The notes under the pieces: generated by a model
What the model saw: the letters and a program-made list of their open reading frames with translations, nothing else
What the model was told of the DNA's origin: nothing
Database searches by the model: none
Made by a program: the position numbers and the translations under genes
Assembly: GCA_001606155.1 (NCBI GenBank)
Contig: LODT01000016.1
Coordinates: forward strand, 449,870-513,869
Length of the DNA: 64,000 nucleotides
Direction: 5' to 3'
Source of the DNA: Tieghemostelium lacteum
Taxonomy: Eukaryota
Shown here: one piece after another, positions 11,362 to 26,351 of the stretch
Layout: the number at the start of each line of letters is the position of its first letter
How positions within the stretch are numbered: the stretch's first letter is position 1

Positions 11362-13797
11362 ATGGCAAACCCAAAAGGACTGTTAATTGGTGGTCTATTG
11401 TTATTTGCTGTTGGAACTACATTACTAGTAATTTCACTAGTTTTATTCCCATCAGTTTTGACAAAAGTTGGAAACAAAGCAGTTTTGAGTAATTTGATTG
11501 TTGATTCATCAGTATGTATATTAACACCATTGACAATCTTTTGATAATTTGCATAAGAATATATTATATTTACTCTTTATTATTAATTAGCAAAGTACAA
11601 GATATGATGATTGGCAAGGTGATGCATCAATTGAGAATTCATATATACAATATTATTACATGTGGAATCTAGTAAGATATTTTAGATAGTTTAATAGGAT
11701 ATTTTATATATCGTAAAAAAAAAAAACATGATATTAATATATAGTGGTTGTATAATTTAGACTAATCCACAACAGGTTATAAATGGTGGTATTCCAAATT
11801 ATGAACAAATTGGACCTATAAATTATAAATATGAATGGACATATGAAAATGTTAGTTTTATAGATTCAGGTAATCAGGTGTCTTATCAACAGAATAAAAT
11901 CTATATATACACTAGCGATGGATCAGTAGTTGATCCTACAACTACAATGATTACCAATATCAATCCAGCATTCTATGGACTAATGAGTCAATTATCTGTG
12001 GCTGCTGAAGAGATTAATGCACAATTTCATGGTTTTGTAACATTTACTGTAGAGGAATTACTATTTATTATAGGTAGTGGAGGTCAAATGAAATACTTTT
12101 TAGATTATTTGAGTTCACCACAATCTAATTTCACAGAGTTAGCCTATGCTGTAAATTCACCTAAACAATTTACCATTGAATTGAATAGACTATTGAATGA
12201 GTTGGGTCCAAATTCAATTTATACCTTTTTAGATGGATGGGCAAATTCAACTGCTACTGGACCTACTGGTGCTGGTAATTGGACTGGTATGTATTTGGGT
12301 GAAGATACTCAAATCTCTAGAGAATCAGCATCACAGATACTCAATATCTCCAATCCCATGTCTATTCTACACTCTCAAGCTGTAAACTATTGGTTGAGTG
12401 CATGCTTTGGAAATCAAACTCAATCTAGTATTTTACAATCAAATTTGGGTATAACCAATAGTCAACTATTACAAGTATGTCAATGGTGGTTATATGACTT
12501 TTCACCAAAATTCACAGATTCAGTATTAATGGAGATGTGTAATGTCACCTCTATGACTGAGGTTGCATACTGTCAATACCTTACCGCTCAGCCATTAGGT
12601 TATAAATCCATTTCAAGTTTCCACTACACTCAAGAACCTTTTGCATTGGGAGCTATTGAATTTACAATGGTTGCACAACAAAACTTTACATTACCCGCTA
12701 TGAAACTCTATGAGATTTTGTTTACTGGAAATCTAACTCTTTTGAATGCAAATAACATTGGTCTGTTTTTGAACCCATCTAATGCATCTCTATGGCCATT
12801 AAATAACAATGACTATGCAATAGTTCAAGAATACATTTTGACAATGGGTCAAACTTATACTCGTCAGACTATAATGGACCAGTTCTATCCAACTAGTGGT
12901 TTCATAGCCACTCGTTCAATGTATGATTGGTTGTGGAATTGCTCTGATCCTTTACTTGATTTCTTAGGTCAAGGTATCGACTGTTCTCTACAACAAAACA
13001 ATACTTTGGAGCAATTATCTACCATCTATACCGGTAAAAGTAACTCATCAATGATCAATCAGTATATTATATATCAAGGCTATTCTGTAGTTCCCTATTG
13101 GAATGGTACAGTTCCAGTCGAAGGTGTTACTGAAAGTGGTCAATTTGCACCAGGACAATCACCAGATACTCTAACATTATTTGAAGAGAATACATTAAGA
13201 TCAATTGACTTGGTCTATGTTGAAGATTCTACAGTACAAGGTGTTGATACCAAGAGATATTTCCTAAAGAATAACTCCTTTTCTGCCAGTCCAGTGTTTT
13301 ACTCTCCAGTTGATGGTCTAACCAACATGTCATCTACCTTAAATCCACCATTACCCATATTCATTAGTCTTTGGGATATGTATGAGGTACCAACTGACAT
13401 TGTCAACAAAGTTCAAGGTCAAAATCCATCGTTTAATCTCTCTGGAGTTCCTTTGGATCTTGAACCTATTACAGGTAATGCATTGTACTATAATCTAAAA
13501 CTTCAAATTAACTTTTATATTGCCAATGACTCTTTAATGTTTGAGCCACAAACCACCTATCAGAATCTGACTAGTGATTGTTATTATCCACTCTTTAAAG
13601 TCGGTCAAACTGGTACGCCATCTTCTTCTACCATCAGTACTTTGAAATCCCAATTCAAAGATTTACATATTCTCAAATTGGCACCAGTCATTATGGCTGC
13701 AATTGTTGGTGGTATTCTAATAGTCATTGGTGCCATTATGGCATTCTTTGGATATAGAAGATTAAGAAAAGTTGCAGGTTATGAAATTATTCAATAA
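11362..13797 (+). CDS. CD36/LIMP-2 family scavenger receptor-like glycoprotein (Lmp-like); exons 11362..11511 and 11776..13797
   Basis: N-terminal TM segment MANPKGLLIGGLLLFAVGTTLLVISLVLF. GTATGT donor at 11512, aacAG acceptor at 11775. The CD36 signature IGPINYKYEWTYENVSF, many NxS/T sites and a C-terminal TM plus short tail (LAPVIMAAIVGGILIVIGAIMAFFGYRRLRK). Confidence 0.75.
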
Positions 13798-14034
13798 TAT
13801 TATTAGTTTTTTATAATACACCCTCTCCCCTTCCCCATTTCTCAAAATAATTACAATAAAATTAATATTTTGTATATACCATATGTTATACTTTACAATT
13901 TTAAAAAAAAATAAATTATAATAATTCATTTGGTTTTATTTATAGTACTGTTGTTTTGGAGGAGGTGGAGGGTATTGTCTATTATTATTAAAAAAAAGTA
14001 TCCATTGTTTATATAGTTAATGAATAAAAAATCT

Positions 14035-15784
14035 TTATCTTAATAAACGATCAATGGCATCATTTACATTTCCATTCGATTGTGTAAGTGCAATGATATT
14101 TGCTTGTCTGTCCAAGAAACCTAATTCCTCCAATTGATTCAATTGAATTTGGTATCTGACTTCAGGTGGTTCTTGATTTTGAGTTGTTTGAGATTGACCA
14201 CCCATTCCACCACCCATACCACCCATACCTCCAAAAAGATTGTTAAAATTACCCATTCCGCCTAATAAACTATTTAAATCACCTAAACCTGCAAGAGGAT
14301 TTGCACCTTGGTTTGCACCTTGACTTGCACCTTGATTTCCACCTTGATTTCCAAACATTCCATTATTTTGCAATGTATTCAATGATTGTTGCATTTGCAT
14401 CATTGCTTGTAAATTTTGTGGGTTACTTAACATATTCAAAAACTGTGGACTCTGAATAGCGTCTCTAATTTGTGGATTAGCTTGAATCATTTGTCTAATT
14501 CTTGGATCAGATTCCATCATCTATATATATTTCAATTTTAAAAATTAATAACTATCACTTGAGGTTATTGAGTATTTTATAAATTTAATACAAACCTGTT
14601 GTAAAATTTGTGGATTGGCTGTCAATTGCTGTAGTGATTGTTGAAACATTGGATTACTTAAAAGTCCTTGCAAGGCTTCTGGTGACATATTGGTTGGATC
14701 AAATCCACCCATTCCACCCATTCCACCCATTCCTCCTAAACCACCAAATCCACCTAAACCTGATAGACCTGCAAATGGATTGGCTGTATTTGGTGATGTT
14801 GTAGAAGTTGGATTAGTAGTACCACTATTTGGTGATGTTGTAGATCCACTTGGTTGTTGTTGTTGTTGCTGTTGAGGTGACCATGGATTTGGAAGAGGTT
14901 GATTATTTGGATTTGGGTTATTAAAAAGATTTGTAAAAGGGTTACTATTGGTTTGATTCTGAGTTTGATTTGCTGCTGCGTTTAAAAGTGGTTCTTGAAC
15001 ATTTGTGTACATTCTTCTGAGTAGATTGAAACCTTCTGGATGATTTTCAATATTAATCATTGCTCTATCAGCATTACGCATCATTTCTCTCATTAATTCT
15101 GGGTTTCTCATCATTTCAAAAGATTGTCTAAGTGTCTATTATAAATAAGATTTTGATAAAATTAAGGGTGTTAACAACAAAACTACTACTTTTTAAATTC
15201 TAATTTACATACTTGGGGATCATTTAAAATCTGTCTCATTTCTGGATTATTATTAACAATTTCTCTCATTTCTGGGTTACTCATCATCATTTCTCTAAGG
15301 ATATCTGGATTAGAAAAGAGATTTTCAAACATTGGTGAATTTAAAAGGTTTTGCATTGCTGGATTATTCATCATATTTTGCATATCAGTTGGCATACCAG
15401 GGAACACTGGTGCTTGTGATGTATTTTGAGTTTGTGGATTTGGCACTTGTTCTGTTGGTGGAGGTGGTGGTGCTGATCCTCTAACTAAATGTAATGTGTG
15501 ACCTTCTTGAATCTCTATAAAAATATTTTCATAAATTTAATAATATTAGATATTCAAGTTACTCCTATCCTGTCTCATTCTTAATTTTATCTTTGATAAT
15601 TACTTAATTCCTCTAATGTTTGATGATCTTTTAATATTCTACCTGAATAGATAATTCTTTGTTGGTCGGCTGGAATAGATCCTTTCTCTGCTAAAATTGT
15701 TTTTAAAGCTGCAACTGTTATACTTAGATCAACATCTACAGACAACTTATTATCAGTTGATGATTTTATATTAAGATGTACCAT
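14035..15784 (-). CDS. ubqln: ubiquilin (UBL-STI1-UBA, Dsk2 family); 4 exons: 15784..15604, 15514..15213, 15135..14596, 14520..14035
   Basis: N-terminal ubiquitin-like domain ending [22 protein letters not shown]1 repeats [18 protein letters not shown] / [19 protein letters not shown]...[11 protein letters not shown]-terminal [35 protein letters not shown]. Donors GTAATT, GTATGT, GTTTGT; all junctions keep the frame. Confidence 0.8.
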
Positions 15785-16068
15785 TAATTAATTAAAAATT
15801 GTGTTGTTCAACAAACTAGGAAACAAAAAAAAAATAAACAAAAAAAATTTACAAAAAAAAATAATGTATTTATTTGTTGGTGTGGAAATAATTTATTGAT
15901 TAAAAAATTTATATAAAACTTAAATTTTCACTGAAATTTTGATTAATTTTTGTTTCATTTATGTTTAATCCCAATAAAACATTTAAATTATTTAAAATGA
16001 GTCATAAGTATTTTTAAAAATTTGAGTGAAAATGAATTTTCAAAAATTTCAAACCACTATTAGCTGAA

Positions 16069-17007
16069 ATGGATAAATTAAAGGATATTAATAAGATTGA
16101 GTACACAATCAGAGGCGATATTGTATCATTATCAAATTCCTCAACAGTATTACAAATTCAAACATATAACACATCAATTAAAACCAATTTAGATATATTA
16201 CATAATTTAATAAAAGTAGAGTAGAGTTTATATGCATAACCCTCCCCATAGAAAATACTAATTTAAATGTGAATTTTAGGAAGGTTCTATTGAATTAAAT
16301 GAAAAGAATAAGAGTATTGATATAAAGAGATTTGAAAAAGAACTTGAAATTCACAAAGAGGAATTTAATAACCTCAAAGTTTTACAGAAAAAAGTAAATT
16401 TAGATACCACAAAGAAATTACATGAACAATTCCTTTTGGATAAAAAGAAATTATTAGAAACATCGACAACTCAAAAGAATGGTGATCCTATAACACAATA
16501 CTCTAGAAACTATACTACAATTTCAAAGTATGTTGATATTTTGAATATTCATTATAAATGATGAAATGATTTAAAGAATAGACCCTAACTAATATATTCA
16601 TTATTAGCAATAGATCTAATGAAGATATATTGAAAACATCTGTATCATTGACAGAGACATTAAGGAAAACTAGAAATTTTATGAATTCACAAGTGAATAG
16701 AAGCTCTACAATGTTAAATGAGGTTACAGCTTCTTCGAGAGTTTTGGAGAAGACTGTTGATCAACAGAAGGAATATTCATCTAGAACTGCTGAAGCAAAG
16801 TCAAGTATAACAAAATTGAGAAGGAGAGATATGACTGATAAGCTTCTTATCTATTTTGCAGTGTTTGTATTTATGTTGGTTGTATTATATGTTTTCAAGG
16901 TACGTGTTGGTAATAAGTTTTTGAGTGTATTTTATAGTTTAATCGGATCAAATACCTCTCCAGCAAATACTTTGACACCTACCACTGCCATTGGTGACAC
17001 AATATAG
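16069..17007 (+). CDS. Sec20/BNIP1-family tail-anchored SNARE-like protein; exons 16069..16215, 16280..16527, 16608..17007
   Basis: C-terminal region SLTETLRKTRNFMNSQVNRSSTMLNEVTASSRVLEKTVDQQKEYSSRTAEAKSSITKLRRRDMTDKLLIYFAVFVFMLVVLYVF matches the Sec20 domain plus a TM anchor. The exon 2/3 acceptor is ambiguous (16608 or 16614). Confidence 0.55.
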
Positions 17008-17385
17008 TACAATAAAAACAAATACAATACATCAAGTTATCAGATTTATGTTGATTTCTCATTATACATATTTTAATAATCAATATAAAAAAATATTTTT
17101 GAATGTTTAGAAATCTATTAATAAATCGATTACTTATTTGTAAAAACTAATAATACCCCATTTAAAAAACAAAAATTATCAAAATTGTATACAAATACAT
17201 CAAAATTCCCAATAAAATAGTATTTTCATCTTCATATAATTTACTTTAGTATACAGTCAATATATCAAACAATTTAAAACAAATATTTATTTTAAAAATA
17301 AATTAAATTATTAAACAAACAAGTTAAATTAAAGTAAAATTTAAATATCATATTCTATTAATTAATTAGATAAACTTTTATAAAA

Positions 17386-17601
17386 ATGAAATGGACATTA
17401 ATAGTTGTTTTAGTTTTAATTGCTTTTATTTGCTTCACAAAGGCTGACAACTGTGATGATCAATACCAATCCAAAATAGATGAAGCCAACTATGTCTTTA
17501 GCCAAGACCAAGATTCTCAAAAATTATCTCAAACATTGAATATTGCTAGTTCAGAATTGGATGCTTGTAACTTTAAAAATATACAAGAAAAACAAGAATA
17601 A
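17386..17601 (+). CDS. hypothetical small secreted protein (signal peptide)
   Basis: 71-aa ORF, MKWTLIVVLVLIAFICFTKA followed by a polar region containing Cys residues. Confidence 0.25.
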   Translation: MKWTLIVVLVLIAFICFTKADNCDDQYQSKIDEANYVFSQDQDSQKLSQTLNIASSELDACNFKNIQEKQE

Positions 17602-17840
17602 AAATATTTTATAATCATTTGAATAATAGTATGAAAATTAGTATAAATTTATTTTCATTGAAATTCAGTTAAAGTATCATAATAAAAATTTTATTTTATT
17701 ATTTTGAATTAGTTCTTTTATATATATTCAATAGTTTCTATGTATAAGTATTATTATAAAAACTATTTTATTCGCAAAGATTGTGATTATATTATATTTT
17801 TAAAAAAAAAGAATATACAAGATAAGAAAAAAATAATATT

Positions 17841-19391
17841 CTATCCAGAGACACCAGAGGCAGCTGCAGGTGTACAAATGGAATCAAAAGTTAGATTTCT
17901 ATATTTTACAAAATCGATACCTTCGGTGACACACAACAAAACGGTACTGACTGCAATGACAGCACCAATAAGGAATACTATATATGATCTTCTCTTGTAT
18001 TTGTTTACTACCCAAATGAGAGTTTGTGTTCCAATGAAACAACTGATAAAACCAATAAAATAGTAAACTACACCATAATCCAAACGAAGTTTACCTACTA
18101 GAATGTATTGAATGGCACTACTGGCACTGGTAAAAAGAATCATATAAGAGGATGTTGCTGCAGTGACATCTGGTGACAATCCCATTTGTAAAAGAACTGG
18201 ACCTTTAATCATACCACCTCCAATACCCAAAAGAGATGCCAAACAACCTGCTATAATTGAAAGGAAACCAAGAATAACTATATTCTTTTTAGTGTATTTG
18301 ATCTCACCTTCAATTTCACGACCTTCTTTAATCTTCAAATTTGACTCTTTATACAAATATTTGGCTGTAAATACCCAAGCTATAATAATCAATGGAACAG
18401 CGATAAAAGAGAGTACCCAGTATACTGGGGAACACAGTCTAACACCTGCAATTGAATACTCGTCATTTCCACCTTTGAGAATTGAAAATATAGTACAAAT
18501 GGTTAAAATTACCAAAAGAATACATATCTTTGGCCAATCAGCATCATAAAACATATAAAATCTTGAACGTGGCATTTTGGTTGGGAATGGCTCCATTGCA
18601 CCATTGACAGAGCTTTGATTCTTATTTAAAAGTGCTTCGCTATTGAGTTTCTTTTTTTCGGCCTTGGCAATATCCAAACCTTTGGTAATGGTTTTGTAGG
18701 CTGTAAAGGAGAGGGTTACCACCAGCAATAATAAAATGAGTAGAGGTGGGAAGAGAGTGTGCAAATAGACACCAAAAATAGTTCCTGCCAGTGTTAATGG
18801 TTCAATGAGAAGTGCAACACTGTAATCTATTAAATGTCTGTCAGTGTGAGGATGACGTCTTGAAAAATTTTGAATTAAATTTGCTAATGCACAACCTGCT
18901 ACCAAACAATTGGATAGAGGTATAGCTGATTTAGGATCCCATTTACTCACAAGAATAAGTACTGGAATGTAAATTCCACCACCTCCTACACCACCACCAC
19001 TTGATAGTGCACAACCTATAAATAATAGAATGAATCCAACCATATCCAATCCAGTGAATTCATTATGGAATAGAGTTTTATGGACACATAAACCATCGTC
19101 ATCAGTTGGAGAACCTCCACTGCATATCCACTGACTATTAAGATCATAGCATTCTAGATTGTCTATACATCCTGTACATGTAGAATTTCTACAAACTTGA
19201 CCTATTTGACATTTATCATGACAAAAGGACATGGATTCCCCGGGGGAATATATTCCTGTGGGTGCTAATTGAACTGTTTGTCTGTCTTCTAATTTAATTC
19301 CATAGCTTTCTAAAAGTGAACCTATAACTACCTGACTACCAATACTTAAACATATTGTCACTACTAAAAACAATATATTTGATTTTAGCAT
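17841..19391 (-). CDS. TSUP/TauE-SafE (DUF81) family anion permease with an N-terminal Cys-rich extracellular domain
   Basis: 516-aa single ORF. Signal peptide, then a Cys-rich region (CHDKCQIGQVCRNSTCTGCIDNLECYD). Two TSUP half-repeats with the Gly-rich motifs SSGGGVGGGGIYIPVLIL and LLGIGGGMIKGPVLLQMGL. Confidence 0.7.
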   Translation of the reverse strand: MLKSNILFLVVTICLSIGSQVVIGSLLESYGIKLEDRQTVQLAPTGIYSPGESMSFCHDKCQIGQVCRNSTCTGCIDNLECYDLNSQWICSGGSPTDDDGLCVHKTLFHNEFTGLDMVGFILLFIGCALSSGGGVGGGGIYIPVLILVSKWDPKSAIPLSNCLVAGCALANLIQNFSRRHPHTDRHLIDYSVALLIEPLTLAGTIFGVYLHTLFPPLLILLLLVVTLSFTAYKTITKGLDIAKAEKKKLNSEALLNKNQSSVNGAMEPFPTKMPRSRFYMFYDADWPKICILLVILTICTIFSILKGGNDEYSIAGVRLCSPVYWVLSFIAVPLIIIAWVFTAKYLYKESNLKIKEGREIEGEIKYTKKNIVILGFLSIIAGCLASLLGIGGGMIKGPVLLQMGLSPDVTAATSSYMILFTSASSAIQYILVGKLRLDYGVVYYFIGFISCFIGTQTLIWVVNKYKRRSYIVFLIGAVIAVSTVLLCVTEGIDFVKYRNLTFDSICTPAAASGVSG

Positions 19392-20298
19392 TATTTATAT
19401 ATGTATTTCTAAATAAGCTAAAGTTTAAAAATTTTATAAAACGTGTAGGGTGTGAATAGTGTTAATATTATGCTTTATAATGAACAAGAGACAGATATAA
19501 ATATATATCTTTACTATAACAAAACACACACCTAAAATAAATTTAGAAATATGAATAATTTTGATTTTTTTTTTAAAATTATTCACACTGCCAATGGTGG
19601 TCACCCAAAGATTTTTTTTTTTTATTCGGAGCGATTTTGAGATTTGACCTTACATACAAATAATGAATAAATAGATAAATATTGTAGATTCTAATTAAAT
19701 AGATAACTACTAATATATTTACAACGAAATAATAAATGGGATGGGGATTTTTTACTCTTAGTTTTTTTCAATATACTATAAACAAGAAAAAAATCAAAAA
19801 ATATCTGTTTTGTTTAAAACATTCTGAAATTTTGATGGAACATTGATGTCATTCTATGTTTTTTTCAAAATACAATTCAACTTGATGCATTTTTCAAAAA
19901 GAATAATAATAATTATGTTCCCAACTCGATATTCCAATGTATCATTTTGGTGTATATTCATAATTAATCATGCAAAAAACAAATAACTCCAATGATATTT
20001 AAAAGTATATATAATTAAATCTTATAAAGAGTTGGAAATTAAAAATGAAAAATTTTAAAATCCAATTGTATTTAATGACATCATCAATGTAAAAAGTAAT
20101 GTAATAATATCCCTACTATCCAAGATCTTTTCCTCAGGTAGTGAGTTAAGTTAGTTTTTTTTTTATTTTAATCTTTAACAGAAATCAACAAAATATTAAA
20201 TAATTATTTATATAACTCAACTCTAACACTATATAATATCTAGATATTACATTTTTTTAAAATTAAATTATTATTATAAATATTTTAATTTATTAAAA

Positions 20299-21053
20299 TT
20301 AAAAGATACTTGATTTAATAACAGATTTGGAGGCTGGAGCACAATATCCACCACAAGTTTGTTGAGCCATACCTGAACCAGAACCTGAACCTGAACCTGA
20401 ACCAGAACCAGAACCAGAGCCTGAACCAGCTGTAATATTAAAAATTAAATAAGGTAAGTTAGTATACTAGATGAAATTAAAGAATGTGGGGAGGATATAG
20501 AAAACATACCTGAAGCTGAGGCGGAGGCTGAAGCGGATGAGGAGGCAGAGGAAGATGGGTTACCAGTGGCAGAGGTACCTGTTTGGGAACCAGTTTGACC
20601 AGTAGTTTGAGAACCAGATTGGGAACCAGAGGTACCAGTTTGGGTTGAAGATGAGGAGTGTGGACCTGATGAGGATGGACCAGATGAAGATGGACCAGAT
20701 GATGAGTGTGGACCAGATGAGGATGGACCAGATGATGAGTGTGGACCAGATGAGGATGGACCAGATGAGTGTGGACCTGATGAAGATGGACCTGAGGAGG
20801 ATGAGGTAGTTGGTCTGTTAGTACATCCAACAATAGTACCATTGGTGTAGTTACAGGTACAGGTAGAGATTTGACAAGCAATAGCAGTTACTTCATTATC
20901 AGCAATTTCGTTACATTTTCTGGAACAGTCTCTTGGTCTTTGGACAGTGATGATACGGGCTTCACCGTTATCGAATTCACATAAACAGTTTTTGGTGGCC
21001 ATAGCACCCAAAATTAAAAAGCATAGAGCAAAGATAATAGTTGATTTCAACAT
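20299..21053 (-). CDS. secreted Cys-rich / Ser-rich (SSGPSSSGPH repeat) mucin-like protein with a GS-repeat C-terminal exon; exons 21053..20510 and 20429..20299
   Basis: Signal peptide MLKSTIIFALCFLILGA. An 8-Cys N-domain. (S)SGP(H)SS repeats. GTATGT donor; an 80-nt intron containing TACTAAC; attacAG acceptor. Exon 2 encodes AGSGSGSGSGSGSGSGSGSGMAQQTCGGYCAPASKSVIKSSIF. Confidence 0.55.
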
Positions 21054-21492
21054 TTTATATATAGTCGGAAGTAAGTAATTACAATTAATAAAAACGAAAT
21101 TGAAAAAATAATTAGGAATCTAAAAAAAAATTATAACTGAAAATATCAGCAATCAAAAAAATCTGATATTTTGTTACGGTTAGAATATTCAAAAGAAATT
21201 ACTTTGTAATAATTTTTTTGGAATTTATCTTTCAATTTCCGATACCATCTTAAAGTTCTCTTTATTTCCCACTTAACCCCTTTCGGAATTTGAAAGTTTT
21301 TTTTATTTGAAATAAACAAGGTATTTAATTGAAAGTAATAACTAGTGTATATTTAAAATTTACATTTAAGATTATATTTATTGATTAATTATTTTGGTGT
21401 TGGAAGATCGAATACTCCCTTAATTTTAATTCTTTTGTATATTATTATATATTATATATTTTTATAGTAGTAGTATAGTAGTAGTAATTGTA

Positions 21493-24101
<2,609 letters not shown>

Positions 24102-24199
24102 AATGTAGATAAATTGAGTAAAAGAATTGAATTGGAGAAGGATAGGAATAAATTTTGATAAATTATTGTTTAATTTAGATAGGATATTACTGAGAATAA

Positions 24200-25270
24200 A
24201 GTTTAAATGAAGATGAATTGATGGGGGGAAAAACAAACAATGAAATTACTGAAAACACACAAATATTTAAATTTCTTTTTGGGGAATAATTATTATTTTT
24301 TTTTAAAAAAACACGGTTTTAAATAAAGTAGGGGTATATATTGAGGAGGTGATATTTTTGTGAAGGAGTTTGGAAATATAAATATAAAAAGAAACTAAAA
24401 TTCTTTAAAAAAGGGGGTATCTTTTGGCGAGAGAGAAAGAATGAAGAGAACTCGATTTAATGATTTTTTAAAATACTTTTAGGACAGGACTTATAAGACC
24501 CAAAGTCCTGTTCAAATTTAAAGTATATAAAAAATTTTGAAGGGGGTTTGTTAAGAATTGTTTATCGTCGAGACGATTTTTTTAGTACTTATACTAAATG
24601 TTATAGTATTACTAAAAAAGTTGACGGAAATAAAGAAGGAGGATAATTTAAATGATAAAAAAGAGATAAAAAGTTAGGGAAGAGGAGAAGATACGAGAGA
24701 GAATTTCACATAAGGGGGCAGTGTAATAGAATTTTAGAATTCAAGTGATTTTTTCATCAAAAGTTTGTATATAAGTATAGAGGAGAGAGAAATTTATGTA
24801 AATATATTATTTTCATTAAATTTGATCAAGAATATTTATCTCTACCTTTAAAGTTTGTTTATGAGACAAAAAATCTTATAATGAAAAAAAAAAAATATTA
24901 TCTTCTTCAGTGAAAAAACAGATCAATTTTTTTAAATTTACAATGGCTTCACCCCCCTTCAACTTTATTGTTTTTTAGTCCTTCATTTTTTCGTAAAATA
25001 AAAAGAAGAAAGATATTTTTGAACATTAAAAAAATAAAGGAATATTCGATATCATTTTCAAACCATTTCCCATCTTATTTATCTATTGTCATCATTTATT
25101 TAGAATATTACAACAACACACTAAAATAAATCCAAATTAACTTTAGATCTTTAAATAAATCAATAAATATCCATAGATACACCTCTCTAAATTAGACCAA
25201 TTGGGTTCCACCGGTACTATTTATTATAATTATAAATTTGCTTTTGGGTGGGGGGTGTCAATGAAGTGCT
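24200..25270. promoter_or_regulatory. upstream region of the Zn2Cys6 TF gene, containing multiple G-rich (G-box-like) elements and a small palindrome
   Basis: GGGGGG (24224), AAGGGGGT (24410), GAAGGGGGTTTG (24541), AAGGGGGCAG (24712), CACCCCCCTTC (24951), GGGTGGGGGGTG (25246) sit in an otherwise AT-rich intergenic region. The hairpin CAGGACTT-N10-AAGTCCTG is at 24484-24509 and CGTCGAGACG at 24568. Confidence 0.3.
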
Positions 25271-25290
25271 ACTGAGTTTTTTGATAGTTT

Positions 25291-26351
25291 TTAGTTTCTT
25301 TGTAAAGATTGTGTTTGTGTTGGTTCAGTTTCATATTCAATATTAACTCTAGGTTTACTGGGTTTCTTATTGAGATTACCAGTACCTTTTCTATTGGATG
25401 TTGATGGAGTTCTCTTTTTACTATTTGGTTTAGGATCATAATCTTCTTCATCAGAGTCCTCTTCACTATCAGATTGTTGTTCTTCATCATCATCTTCATC
25501 AGAGAAACCATGTTGATTTCTATAATTATCTAATTCATCTTCTTCATCTTGATATTCATCATCACTATCGCCTTCAACATATTCAACATCACCATTTTCT
25601 TCTTCTTCTTCTTCTTCATCATACTCTTCATTTTCCATTTCTACTTCTTCTTCTTCTTCATCCTCAATATCTTCATGTTCAAGATTCTCATCAGCTTCAC
25701 CTTCTTTATTTAAAACATCATTGAAAACCTCTTGTGGGAAATAGTACAAATCACCATAAACAGTGTTCTTTTTCAATCTATCTAGAAGTTCTTTCTTTAT
25801 ATTAACAGTTAATTGTGCTGCTACAACTGCTTTGTGTTCTCTCTTTGAATCTCTTTGTTCTGATCTAGATTTAATAGGTACTAATTCACGTCTATAGTAT
25901 TAAAACATTATTATATATATATTAGTATAATATTCTAATCAATATTACCTCCACTACTATAAGGTGAGGGTATAATAATTGAAATACTATCAAAATACTT
26001 TATCTGTTTTCTTATTTTTCTCATTCTAATTAGATATTGAGTGATTCTAATGTATCTTTGTTTGACTCTGTGTATCATATGTGATGGCCAAAATTCCATA
26101 TTTTTATCTATAATCTCAATAGATTTCATAAAGTTTGGATCTAATTTAATCTTTTCCCATAGTTTAGCAGGAGTATGTGCTCTTTCAATAGTCTTTATAT
26201 ATAAATATGAAACACCATTCTCTTCACGAACTGTTGCATATCTAGAATTTGCTAATGGACATGATACCTTATTACAAACACCTGTTACATTATATTCATT
26301 TCTACAAAATTTGGTTTTATTGAATCTATATAGAACATTCACCAAAGCCAT
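25291..26351 (-). CDS. mak16: MAK16 ribosome biogenesis protein; exons 26351..25999 and 25891..25291
   Basis: FCRNEYNVTGVCNKVSCPLANSRYATVRE...YLYIKTIERAHTPAKLWEKIKL...ITQYLIRMRK is the Mak16 N-terminal domain. 107-nt intron (GTATTT...ctatAG). Exon 2 is RELVPIK...KELLDRLKKNTVYGDLYYFPQ followed by the typical acidic D/E tail. Confidence 0.85.

Noticed and set aside
11117-11386. 89-aa ORF overlapping the Hsp90 copy B stop and the 5' flank of the CD36-like gene
   Set aside because: Low-complexity reading of the 3'UTR/intergenic region, with no conservation.
20477-20881. 134-aa His/Leu/Pro-rich ORF on the minus strand
   Set aside because: Alternative frame of the SSGPSSSGPH repeat region. The signal-peptide and Cys-containing frame is the coherent one.
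24102-24236. Extending the Zn2Cys6 TF ORF upstream to the first Met at 24236 (MFFPPSIHLHLNFIL...)
   Set aside because: The extra 45 residues are Phe/Leu/Ile-rich, typical of an AT-rich 5'UTR read in frame. The internal ATG at 24101 (MYTQAISQ) was preferred, although the longer start is not excluded.
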